Source: Patescibacteria group bacterium
Lineage (GTDB): Bacteria; Patescibacteriota; Minisyncoccia; JAHIHE01; JAGLIN01
DNA length: 64,000 bases
Reading direction: 5' to 3'
Assembly: GCA_029210775.1 (NCBI GenBank)
Contig: JARGGI010000001.1
Span: 16,493-80,492, forward strand
Positions 54,610 to 64,000 of the stretch are shown here, piece after piece. The translations under genes and the position numbers were made by a program. Under the pieces are notes generated by a model. The model made no database searches, had not been told where the DNA came from, and worked only from the letters and a program-made list of their open reading frames with translations. The stretch's first letter is position 1; every line of letters begins with the position of its first letter.

Positions 54610-54622
54610 AAAGGAAAAAACA

Positions 54623-55303
54623 ATGAAAAGATCAAAACGTTATAAAGACGCAAAGAAAAAAATAGACAGAGTTAAAGTCTATAAAGTTAGTGAAGCAATT
54701 AAGTTGCTAAGCGAAAATGCAAACGCAAAATTTGATGAAAGCGTTGAAATTCATATCAAAACAAATATCAACCCCAAACAATCTGATCAACAAATTCGAG
54801 GGTCCATCGTGCTTCCTCATGGAACGGGAAAAGAGAAAAAAATTGCAGTTTTTGCAGAAGGGGACGCAGCAAAAGAAGCAAAAGATGCTGGTGCTGACAT
54901 TATCGGAGGCGAAGAGCTTATTGCAAAAATAAAACAAACAAAACAAGCTGACTTTGATATCGCAGTTGCAACTCCAGATATGATGCGAAAGCTTGCAATT
55001 ATTGCGAAAATTTTAGGTCCAAAAGGTATTATGCCTTCACCAAAAACAGAAACTGTTACGACTGATATCAAAAAAACTGTTGAACAACTGAAGAAAGGTA
55101 AATTAAACTTCAAAAATGATGACTCTGGAAATATTCACCAACTAATTGGAAAGGTGTCTTTTGGAGAAGAAAAATTATTAGAAAATGCCAATGCATTTAT
55201 CCAAACTATGAAAGATGTAAAACCAAGCGGAGCAAAAGGTGATTATATAAAAAATATTGTAATCACTTCCACTATGGGAGTTGGTATTAAAATTAATTTG
55301 TAA
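54623..55303 (+). CDS. rplA: 50S ribosomal protein L1
   Basis: AKFDESVE, RG..VLPHGTGK, LGPKGIMPSPK, STMG. Confidence 0.98.
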   Translation: MKRSKRYKDAKKKIDRVKVYKVSEAIKLLSENANAKFDESVEIHIKTNINPKQSDQQIRGSIVLPHGTGKEKKIAVFAEGDAAKEAKDAGADIIGGEELIAKIKQTKQADFDIAVATPDMMRKLAIIAKILGPKGIMPSPKTETVTTDIKKTVEQLKKGKLNFKNDDSGNIHQLIGKVSFGEEKLLENANAFIQTMKDVKPSGAKGDYIKNIVITSTMGVGIKINL

Positions 55304-55321
55304 TTTTTAGATAGCAAATAA

Positions 55322-55356
55322 TAAAATTTGTATATTGATCTAAATATACAAATTTT
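55322..55356 (+). terminator. Stem-loop after rplA
   Basis: aaaatttgtatatt-gatcta-aatatacaaatttt. Confidence 0.5.
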
Positions 55357-55369
55357 AATTTAAAAAGCA

Positions 55370-56497
55370 ATGATAGAAAATAAAATTGGCGCATTGCCGG
55401 CACAATATATCAGAAAAATGTTCTCTGAAAGTGAAATACTTAATTCTGATGAAAAAAATATTCAACCCGCTAGTATAGACTTAAGCGTTTCTAAAGAAGG
55501 ATATAGAATGAGAGGAACTTTTTTGCCAAAAAAATCAGAATCAATTCGTGATATAATCAAATCAGAGTCTATCTATAAAATAGACTTGGACAATCCATTA
55601 GAAAAAAATGGAGTGTATTTAATTAAATTAAATGAAGAGCTAAATCTTTCCAAAGAAAAATTTGCATTTACATCTTCAAAAAGTTCAATTGGAAGAATTG
55701 ACCTACAAACAAGATTGGTTGTTGATGGCTATTCTCGATTTGACGGAGTTCCCTGTGGATATAAAGGCGAACTCTGGCTTCAAATAATTCCAAAATCTTT
55801 TCTTATAAAGCTTAATGTTGGAGATAAGTTAACTCAAATTAGATTTTTTAATGGTGAAGCAAAAATTAATAATGGAGAAATTACAAAAGTTTATGAGAAA
55901 TATAAATTACTTTTTGATAAATCTCAAAATTTTATTCCATCTGAAGAAGGTCTCGCTCAAAATAATAGAAATAATATAGTAATGACAATTGAATTGGGTG
56001 GTGAAAATGATAACCAAGTCATTGGTTATAAAAATTTATTAGTAGATCAAGTTGTCGATTTGTCAAAAATAAACTATTATAATGCTGATGAATTTTTTGA
56101 ACCTATAATTTCTCCAAAAAACGGAAAGCTTATACTTGAAAAAGATTCATTTTATATTTTTTATACAAAAGAGTTTATTAGAATTCCCAATGAATTTTCT
56201 TCGGAAATGATTGCTTATGATATATCAAATGGAGAATTCCGTTCTCATTATGCAGGTTTTTTTGATCCTGGATTTGGTTATGGACAAAACGGTGAAATAA
56301 AAGGAAGACAAGCTGTTTTGGAAGTCAGGTCATACGACAGTAATTTAGTCTTTAGAGATGGACAACCTATATGTCAAATGAGTTTTGAAAATTTAATTGA
56401 ACAAACAGAATTCGTTTATGGACTTGAAATTGGTTCTAACTATGTAAATCAAAATGGACCGAAATTAAGTAAATATTTTAAGTCTGAAGTTAAATAA
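55370..56497 (+). CDS. dcd: dCTP deaminase, long two-domain form
   Basis: IQPASIDL, KSSIGRID, GEFRSHYAGFFDPGFG, VLEVR, S.Y..Q.GPKLSKYF. Confidence 0.85.
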   Translation: MIENKIGALPAQYIRKMFSESEILNSDEKNIQPASIDLSVSKEGYRMRGTFLPKKSESIRDIIKSESIYKIDLDNPLEKNGVYLIKLNEELNLSKEKFAFTSSKSSIGRIDLQTRLVVDGYSRFDGVPCGYKGELWLQIIPKSFLIKLNVGDKLTQIRFFNGEAKINNGEITKVYEKYKLLFDKSQNFIPSEEGLAQNNRNNIVMTIELGGENDNQVIGYKNLLVDQVVDLSKINYYNADEFFEPIISPKNGKLILEKDSFYIFYTKEFIRIPNEFSSEMIAYDISNGEFRSHYAGFFDPGFGYGQNGEIKGRQAVLEVRSYDSNLVFRDGQPICQMSFENLIEQTEFVYGLEIGSNYVNQNGPKLSKYFKSEVK

Positions 56498-56529
56498 TAA
56501 TCTCGTTTTATTATTTATATAAAACAAAG

Positions 56530-58038
56530 ATGAAAAAAATCAAAAATGCAAACTGGCCTGCCTATAAAAATAAAATGTTAATAGTCGGAAATAAAAAAAG
56601 TCAAGTAGCTGTATGTACTTTATGGACAAAGAAAGAAATGGTAGGTCAAATTTTAGATTTAAAAACAGTCGCAGTGATTGGTAATTTATACTCTCCTAAA
56701 AAGGGGGTTAGTTTTTTAATTAGAAATATTTTAGCAAATCCAAATATTAGATATTTGATTGTTTGTGGCTTGGACAATTCAAAAAGTGGGCAAGTTTTGA
56801 TTGATTTTTCAAATAACGGATTTAAAGGAATTACAGATGAAAAAAATAATCTTTTATATTGGCAAGTAATTAGTGAAACAGAAAATAAAATAGATACTGA
56901 AATTGAAAGAGAAGCTATAGAACTATTTAGAGAAAAAGTAAAAATTATTGATCTTAGAAATGAAAGAAATTTTAAAGAGATTCAAGAGAAAATTAATTTT
57001 TTAGATCAAAACCTTCCTCCCTTCTCCTGCGAGCCTTTAATTTTTCCAGATGAAAAAAAAGATACTGTAGAAAGTTTTCCATCTGAAGACTCAGTACATA
57101 CTATTCGAGGAAAAAAAATAGCTGAAACTTGGTTGAAAATTCTTGATCATATTTTAAGATTTGGAAGAACCGATCAAACTTCTTATCAAAATCAGCAAAA
57201 AGAAATCATAGATATTGTTTCTGTAATCACTGATGAAGATCCTGAAAATCTCTATATTCCCGAGTGGCTGCCTAATGATGCTGAGCATATGAAAGAATAT
57301 GCACCAACTGTTTTATCTGCATTTTGCCCTCAAGGAGCCGCCTATACATATGGCTCCAGAATGAGAAGCTATTTTGGAGTTGATCAAATTCAGGAGGTAA
57401 TCAATCGAATTAGGGAGGAAAAACATACTCGCAGGGCTATGGTAAATCTTTTAGATCCAAGAGTTGATTCTTATAGTAAAAATCCGCCATGTCTAAATCA
57501 TTGTTGGTTTAGAGTACAAGGAGATAAATTACATTTAGTAGCGACACTAAGAAGCAATGATATGTTTGATGCTTGGCCAGAAAATGCACTTGCGTTGCGG
57601 CTTTTGCAAAATATTGTTTTCAAGAAAATAGTAAAATCTTATTCAGAAGTTAAGCTTGGTAATCTTGTAATTCATTCATTGTCAGCTCATATCTACGATG
57701 ATTCATGGAAGGAGGCTAAAAAAATTGTCGAACAACATCACAAGGCAGTGTTTCCTAGTGCAAATCTTGAACAGGACTGTAGGGGAAATTTCATAATAAC
57801 AGTTGAAAACTCTGAAATTGTGGTTGAGCACTATTCTTCTAACGAAACACTTTTAGCGACTTATAGGAATAAAAAGGCGATGCCAATATACTTTGAAATG
57901 AGTAGAAACGGAGCAGTTTCAGTTATATCACATGCTTTATATATTGGTACAGAACTGCAAAAAGCTGAATTAGCAATAAAACTAATGCTACCCTACAAGC
58001 AGGATATTGAATTAAATATAAACAAGCTCAAAATATAA
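56530..58038 (+). CDS. thyA: Thymidylate synthase fused to an N-terminal MtrA-like domain and a C-terminal DUF4346-like domain
   Basis: VAVCTLWT, NILANPNIRYLIVCG (MtrA-like); YTYGSR, RRA, PPCL, RSND, SAHIY (ThyA); HALYIGTELQKAE. Confidence 0.8.
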   Translation: MKKIKNANWPAYKNKMLIVGNKKSQVAVCTLWTKKEMVGQILDLKTVAVIGNLYSPKKGVSFLIRNILANPNIRYLIVCGLDNSKSGQVLIDFSNNGFKGITDEKNNLLYWQVISETENKIDTEIEREAIELFREKVKIIDLRNERNFKEIQEKINFLDQNLPPFSCEPLIFPDEKKDTVESFPSEDSVHTIRGKKIAETWLKILDHILRFGRTDQTSYQNQQKEIIDIVSVITDEDPENLYIPEWLPNDAEHMKEYAPTVLSAFCPQGAAYTYGSRMRSYFGVDQIQEVINRIREEKHTRRAMVNLLDPRVDSYSKNPPCLNHCWFRVQGDKLHLVATLRSNDMFDAWPENALALRLLQNIVFKKIVKSYSEVKLGNLVIHSLSAHIYDDSWKEAKKIVEQHHKAVFPSANLEQDCRGNFIITVENSEIVVEHYSSNETLLATYRNKKAMPIYFEMSRNGAVSVISHALYIGTELQKAELAIKLMLPYKQDIELNINKLKI

Positions 58039-58093
58039 ATTAAAGCTGATTTGGTCTTAATATTTTCATAATAAATCAAAAATATAAAATTAA

Positions 58094-58702
58094 ATGAAAA
58101 AAACAAATGCAAAAGGAAAATTAATTGTTCTGTATGGCATAAATAATTTAGGCAAAACTACACAAGCGAATATGATAGTAGATTATTTTAATAAAAAAAA
58201 TATAAATACAGAATATATAAAATATCCGATTTATAACCAAAAACCCACTGGAAAATTAATAAATGAATATTTAAGAGGTGGCAATCCAAATAATTTTAAT
58301 CCAAGAGAATTTCAGATTTTGCAATATGTTAATAAGGTAAATTTTGAAAACACTCTTAAGAAAAAATTAAATAATGGTGTTAATATTATTGCAGAAGATT
58401 ATTCAGGAACATCCATTGCTTGGGGTGCTAGTGCGGGAGTTGATATAAAGTTTTTAGAATATCTATATTCTTTCGCATATAAAGAAGATTTGGCAATTTT
58501 ATTTGATGGTAAAAGATTTACTGATTCCATAGAAAAAAATCATAAGCATGAAAACAATAATGTCCTTATTGAGAGAGTTAGGCAAGTTCATTTAGAGTTG
58601 GCTGAAAAATATAATTGGCAAAAAATTGATGCAAATCAGACCATTAACGAAATACATTGTAAGATTTTAAAAATCATAAATAAAATAATAATAAATAACT
58701 AG
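58094..58702 (+). CDS. tmk: Thymidylate kinase
   Basis: P-loop GINNLGKTTQ; KYP..TGKLI..YL; EDYSGTSIAWG. Confidence 0.8.
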   Translation: MKKTNAKGKLIVLYGINNLGKTTQANMIVDYFNKKNINTEYIKYPIYNQKPTGKLINEYLRGGNPNNFNPREFQILQYVNKVNFENTLKKKLNNGVNIIAEDYSGTSIAWGASAGVDIKFLEYLYSFAYKEDLAILFDGKRFTDSIEKNHKHENNNVLIERVRQVHLELAEKYNWQKIDANQTINEIHCKILKIINKIIINN

Positions 58703-58861
58703 TGGATAAACATTGATTATATGCAGAATGAGAAACTGTAAAGCACGCTAAAGTAAGAAAATTAATATGGAAATGAATAGAAATATTAATAAAATAAATA
58801 TATAAATATTATGCTGAAAATTAAAATTCGAAAAATTATCTAATCAATTAATTCAAAAACT

Positions 58862-59401
58862 ATGATTTTAGGAGTTGATCAATTATTAAAATTAGTAGAA
58901 GAAAAAAATTTAGTAGAGAATTTGTCAGAGAGAGAATTAACTAATCCAGAGGGGGCTGGATTTGATTTGCGATTAGGCGAAATTTATGAGCTGAATGGAA
59001 ATAGTTTCCTTGGAGTCGAAGAAAGAAAAACTCCAAAAGTAGAATTATTAGAAAAGTATAATTCTGATAAAAAATCCAGTTTTATATTTAAACCAGGCTG
59101 TTTCTATTTGATAAAAACAATTGAAAGTGTAAATATACCTGAGAATATATTGACCCTTTTTACGCCCAGAACTACCATTTTTAGATCAGGTATGATGATT
59201 TTTACTGCTACTTGCTCTCCAGGTTATTGTGGTGAGCTTACTTTTGCTGTTGCTAATTTTGGTACTTGTGAGGTCGAAATAGAAATGGGAGCACGTGTAG
59301 TGCATGCAATGTTTTTTCAAATTGAAGGAAAAACAAATCTATATCGCGGGCAATGGCAGGGTGGGAGAGTTAGTACTGAAAAAAAAGAAAAGCAGGTTTA
59401 G
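58862..59401 (+). CDS. Trimeric dUTPase/dCTP deaminase family protein
   Basis: GFDLRL, PRTT.FRSG, PGY.GEL, C-terminal YRGQWQG. Confidence 0.8.
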   Translation: MILGVDQLLKLVEEKNLVENLSERELTNPEGAGFDLRLGEIYELNGNSFLGVEERKTPKVELLEKYNSDKKSSFIFKPGCFYLIKTIESVNIPENILTLFTPRTTIFRSGMMIFTATCSPGYCGELTFAVANFGTCEVEIEMGARVVHAMFFQIEGKTNLYRGQWQGGRVSTEKKEKQV

Positions 59402-59856
59402 AATAAAAGCCAAATAGAGTAATTTGCTCTTCTTTAATATTCCTGTAAATACTGTCTAAACAGGGAATTTGCCCTTAAGAGGTTTTAAATTATCTAAATG
59501 AAGTCCTAAAAGAGCTTGTCCTGAATTCAGCTCAGAGATGAAATTCCGTGAATAATTAATGGATATATCAAATAAAACTAATAATTTCAGAAGGAATAAA
59601 TTGCCCTAATAAGTCAAAAGTTTAAATTACACACAATGCAGAAAAGACGGATTTGGAAGCACTGGAATTAAATGATCAAAAATATATAAAGCCTGTGGAT
59701 AATAACTGGTAATTGATTCTGTCTGTCGCAGCAATATGATAATGTCATAGTATAGCAATTTAGAAATGTCATACCTGATTGCTAATTATTTCATAACTGT
59801 TTAGATAATAATATTAATTATTAATCTAAATTACTATAACTAACAGACTAATTAGT

Positions 59857-61259
59857 ATGGCGAAAAAAGAGTTAGATAGATATGGCATTATCAAAAACTT
59901 AATTGATGGAAAGATAAATGGCACAGACGCTTTCAAGCAAGTTGGCATATCTATCCGCCAGATAAAAAGATTGAAGGCTAAGATAATTAAACTTGGTCCT
60001 TAAGGATTGATTCACGGAAATTGTGGTTATAGCAGTAACAGGAAATTAAATCCCAAGATCATTGAAGAAGTCAAAAAATATCTAAAGGAAAAGTATTATG
60101 ACTTCAAACCAACCTTTGCCTCAGAAAAATTAGCCGAGAATCATGATATTAAAATTACCTTGAATTACGAAATTCAATATATTTGTCACCCTGAGTTTGT
60201 CGAAGAGTGAAAAATGCGTCAAATTTATCATAGTTAGACAAGCTCACTATGACAAATTTAGCTATTTCGTAATTCAAAGAAATTAATAAAGAAACAACAA
60301 GGAGAATTATGACAGAAATAGGGCTCTATAATCCCAAATCAAGAAAACAGCCAAAGAAAAGGTATGTTTGGAGAGAAAGAAAGGATAACTACGTCGAGAT
60401 ACAACAATTTGATGGATCATATCATAATTGGTTTGGGAAAGAAAGTTGTTTACTTCTATCAGTTGATGACGCTACAGGAAAAATAACTCACGCTAAATTT
60501 GATTATAACGAAGGAACTGTGGCTGTGTTTAAGTTCTATCTTGAATATTTTAATCAAAATGGGCTACCATTATTAATATATTTGGATAAATTCAGCACAT
60601 ACAAAGTTAACCATAAAAACGCTGTTGATAACAAAGATTTAATAACACAATTTCAAAGAGCAATAAATCAAGTTGATTTAAATCCCATTACAGCTCATAG
60701 CCTTGAGGCTAAGGACCGTGTGGAAAGAATGAACGGAATGTTACAAGACAGATTAGTTAAAGAACTGAGATTGGCTAATATTAAGACAATAGAAAAGGCT
60801 AATGAATTTTTAAAAGAATATATTCCTAAATTCAATGCTAAGTTTGCCGTAGTTCCAAAACGAGAAGCTAATTTACACAAAGAATTGGATAAAAAAATGA
60901 AAGAAAGATTACCACAGATTTTCTCAGTTCAAAATGAAAGAAAAGTTAATATTAATTACACTGTGAGATTTAAGAATAAGTTTTACCAGCTTAATGAAAC
61001 ACAGCCGACTACTGTCTATAAAAAAGATTCAGTCGTGATAGAAGAACATTTGAACGGAACAGTGAAGATTAATTTAAAGGGACATTATTTAAATTATCTG
61101 GAATTGCCAGAAAGACCGAAAAAAGAAATAAATATCAAATTGCCGGCAATCACTAACAGAAAACAATCATCATGGAAACCACCTATAAATCATCCCTGGA
61201 GAAGATGCTCATTCACTTTTAAAAAGAAGGTAAACATTGAACAATTAATTACTAATTAA
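59857..61259 (+). pseudogene. ISNCY/IS1202 DDE transposase pseudogene
   Basis: HTH (SIRQIKRL); in-frame TAA at 60001; MITE insertion; QFDGSYHNWF, DDAT, YLDK, VER..G.LQDRL, P..HPWR. Confidence 0.88.
60158..60279. mobile_element. MITE, TIR C(C/T)TTGAATTACGAAAT, inserted in the transposase
   Basis: 6-bp TSD AAATTA; removing it restores the frame HDIKINKETTRRIM. Confidence 0.9.
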
Positions 61260-61488
61260 GATTTATTAAATATACTATGGGTATGACATTTCTAAATTGC
61301 TCAAGGTATGACATTTAAATACCTTAATCATTGACATTTATTTATTTTAATACTATAATGTTTAAGTATTAAATAGTAATAAATTATTAGCTTAGATATG
61401 ATAGCAATAAGGTCCAAGCGGGCTTAGTTTGTGTTATAGTATTATTTCAGTTATAGTATAAATTTTATAATTAAATTAAATAAAGAAT

Positions 61489-63567
61489 ATGCCCAGAAAA
61501 TATGCTATTGGTAAATTTCGCAATATAGGGATTATTGCACACATAGATGCCGGAAAAACAACAGTTTCCGAGCGAATTTTGTTTTATACAGGAATTAGCC
61601 ATAAGATTGGAGAAGTCCATAACGGAGAAGCTACTATGGATTGGATGGAACAAGAACAAGAAAGAGGAATAACAATTACATCTGCTGCGACGACTTGTTT
61701 TTGGAAAGAACATCAAATAAATATTATAGATACTCCCGGACACGTTGACTTTACTGCTGAAGTTGAAAGGAGCTTAAGAATTCTTGATGGAGGCGTTGTT
61801 GTTTTTGATGGCGTGGCAGGAGTTGAATCTCAAAGCGAAACTGTCTGGCATCAAGCTGATAAATATAAAGTTCCAAGAATTTGTTTTATAAATAAGATGG
61901 ATAGAACTGGAGCGGATTTTTATAAAAGTTTTAATTCTATTCTTGAGAGGTTGAATAAAAATGCAGTAGCAATCCAACTTCCAATTGGATCTGAAGAAAA
62001 ATTTGAAGGAACAATTAATCTTGTAAATAGAAAAGCATATTATTTTGAAGGAGATCACGGAGAAAAGGTGGTTGAAAAAGAGATTCCAGAAGATATGAAA
62101 GAAAAAGTTGAAAGCTGGAGATCTGAAATGATTGAAAAAATTGTTGAACATGATGATATGCTAATGGAAAAATATCTTGCAAGTGAGGAAATTTCAGAAA
62201 TTGAAATTGAAGATGGAATAAAAAAAGCAACAATTGCAAATGAAATTTTTCCAGTTATGACTGGAACTGCTTTGAAGAATAAAGGAGTACAGCTTGTTTT
62301 AGATGCAGTTATAAATTATCTACCATCTCCACTTGAAATTCCTGCAATTATAGGAATTAATCCTAAGACAAAAAAAGAAGAAGAAAGAAAAACTGATGAT
62401 AATCAACCACTTTCAATTTTGGCTTTTAAGGTTGCAACAGATCCATTCGTTGGGCAGTTAGCATTTTTTAGGGTCTATTCAGGATCTTTAAAAGCTGGAT
62501 CCTATGTTCTCAATTCAACAAATGGGAAAAAAGAAAGAATTGGAAGAATACTTCGAATGCATGCAAATCATCGTGAAGAAGTTGATGAAATTTTTGCAGG
62601 AGACATCGCAGCTACTATCGGACTAAAAGACACTACGACGGGAAATACCCTATGTGATGAAAAATATCCTATCATATTAGAAAATATTACTTTTCCAGAG
62701 CCGGTTATTTCAATTGCTGTTGAACCGAAAACGAAAGCAGATCAAGAAAAAATGGGAATGGCTCTCAAAAAACTTTCTGATGAAGATCCAACTTTCAAAG
62801 TTCACACAGATGAAGAAACGGGACAGACAATTCTTTCAGGAATGGGAGAACTTCATTTGGAAGTTTTGATTGACAGAATGATGCGTGAAATGAAAGTGGA
62901 GGCAAATATTGGAAGACCAAGAGTAGCATATAGAGAAACAATCAAAGATACTGCTGAATCTGAAGGTAAATATGTAAGACAATCTGGAGGTCGTGGACAA
63001 TATGGACATGTTTGGATTCGAATTGAACCACTTGAGAGAGGAACTGGTTTTGAGTTTGTTAATGAAATCAAGGGAGGTGTAATTCCTCAAGAATATATAA
63101 AACCAACACAAAAAGGAATTGAAGAAGTTTTAACGAAAGGAGTTATTTCGGGTCATCCAGTAATAGATGTTAAAGTAACTTTGTATGATGGTTCTTATCA
63201 TGAAGTTGATTCATCGGAGTCGGCTTTTAAGATTGCAGGTTCAATTGCTTTTCAAGCAGCTTTTAGAAAAGCAGACCCAGTTATTTTAGAACCAATTATG
63301 AAAGTTGAAACAATAACTCCAGAACAATTTATGGGAGATGTTGTTGGTGATTTGAGTTCCAAGAGAGGACAAATTGATAATATGGGAGAACGTGGGCAAT
63401 CAAAAGTTGTTACAGCTCTTGTGCCACTTTCTTCAATGTTTGGATATGCCACACAACTTCGTTCAATGACACAAGGTCGTGGAAACTATTCAATGGAATT
63501 TGATCATTATCAAGAAGTGCCAAAAAATATAACTGATGAAATTATTGGGGAAAAAGATAAGAAATAA
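61489..63567 (+). CDS. fusA: Elongation factor G
   Basis: [51 protein letters not shown]. Confidence 0.98.
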   Translation: MPRKYAIGKFRNIGIIAHIDAGKTTVSERILFYTGISHKIGEVHNGEATMDWMEQEQERGITITSAATTCFWKEHQINIIDTPGHVDFTAEVERSLRILDGGVVVFDGVAGVESQSETVWHQADKYKVPRICFINKMDRTGADFYKSFNSILERLNKNAVAIQLPIGSEEKFEGTINLVNRKAYYFEGDHGEKVVEKEIPEDMKEKVESWRSEMIEKIVEHDDMLMEKYLASEEISEIEIEDGIKKATIANEIFPVMTGTALKNKGVQLVLDAVINYLPSPLEIPAIIGINPKTKKEEERKTDDNQPLSILAFKVATDPFVGQLAFFRVYSGSLKAGSYVLNSTNGKKERIGRILRMHANHREEVDEIFAGDIAATIGLKDTTTGNTLCDEKYPIILENITFPEPVISIAVEPKTKADQEKMGMALKKLSDEDPTFKVHTDEETGQTILSGMGELHLEVLIDRMMREMKVEANIGRPRVAYRETIKDTAESEGKYVRQSGGRGQYGHVWIRIEPLERGTGFEFVNEIKGGVIPQEYIKPTQKGIEEVLTKGVISGHPVIDVKVTLYDGSYHEVDSSESAFKIAGSIAFQAAFRKADPVILEPIMKVETITPEQFMGDVVGDLSSKRGQIDNMGERGQSKVVTALVPLSSMFGYATQLRSMTQGRGNYSMEFDHYQEVPKNITDEIIGEKDKK

Positions 63568-63587
63568 AATATAGAACAAGTTTAATA

Positions 63588-63625
63588 TAAAATAAGAATG
63601 TCTATTTATGATATTCTTATTTTTT
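63588..63625 (+). terminator. Terminator after fusA
   Basis: aaaataagaatgtc-tattta-tgatattcttattttttt. Confidence 0.55.
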
Positions 63626-63702
63626 TGTAACTATTTATAATATGTATTTTTTTTGGTATAATAATTTTGACAGAAAAATTTCAAAAAATAATAAATTTAA
63701 GT

Positions 63703-64000
63703 ATGAAACGACATAGAATTTGGTATAAAAGAGAGTTATTTAAAAATCATTTTAAGTCATATAAAAATTGGGATGATTATAATATTCCTTCTGGAGACAA
63801 GCAGATTGGAAGATATAAGACAGATGCTATTCAATGCAAAAACCCGGATTGTTCAAGAGAGGGAATGTTCATAAGTGAACATGAAGCATTTTATTGTTTT
63901 GCAAGTCAGTCGTATTTGAAAAAAATTAAGAAAAAACTATTAATAATGAGAAAAAAGAAAAAAAACAGTATATATGTTTGCCCATTTTGTGGCGGAAATG
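63703..64000 (+). CDS. Partial hypothetical zinc-ribbon protein (runs off the window)
   Basis: MKRHRIWYK...CKNPDC...CPFCGG, open to the window end. Confidence 0.55.
   Translation, partial: MKRHRIWYKRELFKNHFKSYKNWDDYNIPSGDKQIGRYKTDAIQCKNPDCSREGMFISEHEAFYCFASQSYLKKIKKKLLIMRKKKKNSIYVCPFCGGN

Larger units (their letters stand above)
59743..61313 (+). mobile_element. IS1202-type (ISNCY) insertion sequence, decayed
   Basis: TGT...ACA TIRs of about 33 bp (tgtcatagtatagcaatttagaaatgtcatacc / ggtatgacatttctaaattgctcaaggtatgaca). Confidence 0.85.

Noticed and set aside
59743-61313. Active IS or dif-site targeting
   Set aside because: The transposase has a nonsense codon and a MITE insertion; no clear TSD or dif-like site is recognisable at the flanks

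Overview
AT-rich bacterial chromosome window, most likely Patescibacteria/Parcubacteria (CPR), judged from 16S signature substitutions and gene content. It begins with a loosely linked rRNA locus: 16S, tRNA-Ile, tRNA-Ala, a membrane-protein CDS and a MITE, then 23S-5S behind its own promoter, with hairpin insertions in 23S domain I. Housekeeping genes follow (rodA, glyQS, leuS, tatD, metG, rsmI, typA, xseAB, secE-nusG-rplK, rplA, fusA), plus a dTMP-synthesis cluster, a decayed IS1202-type element and many palindromic REP/MITE elements. Most notable: (1) a six-gene SipW-type signal peptidase/vWA surface-fibre locus whose subunits look like shaft, donor-only and acceptor-only parts of a donor-strand-exchange pilus; (2) a 1354-aa LeuRS with in-frame NUDIX, ASCH and Ham1 domains and a translated palindromic element, where the Ham1 module is bracketed by REP copies; (3) a candidate Met-codon leader-peptide attenuator ahead of a SAM hydrolase gene; (4) an MtrA-like/ThyA/DUF4346 fusion near putative cobalamin-uptake genes that split rplK-rplA. 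All family calls come from reading motifs by eye; no database searches were run.
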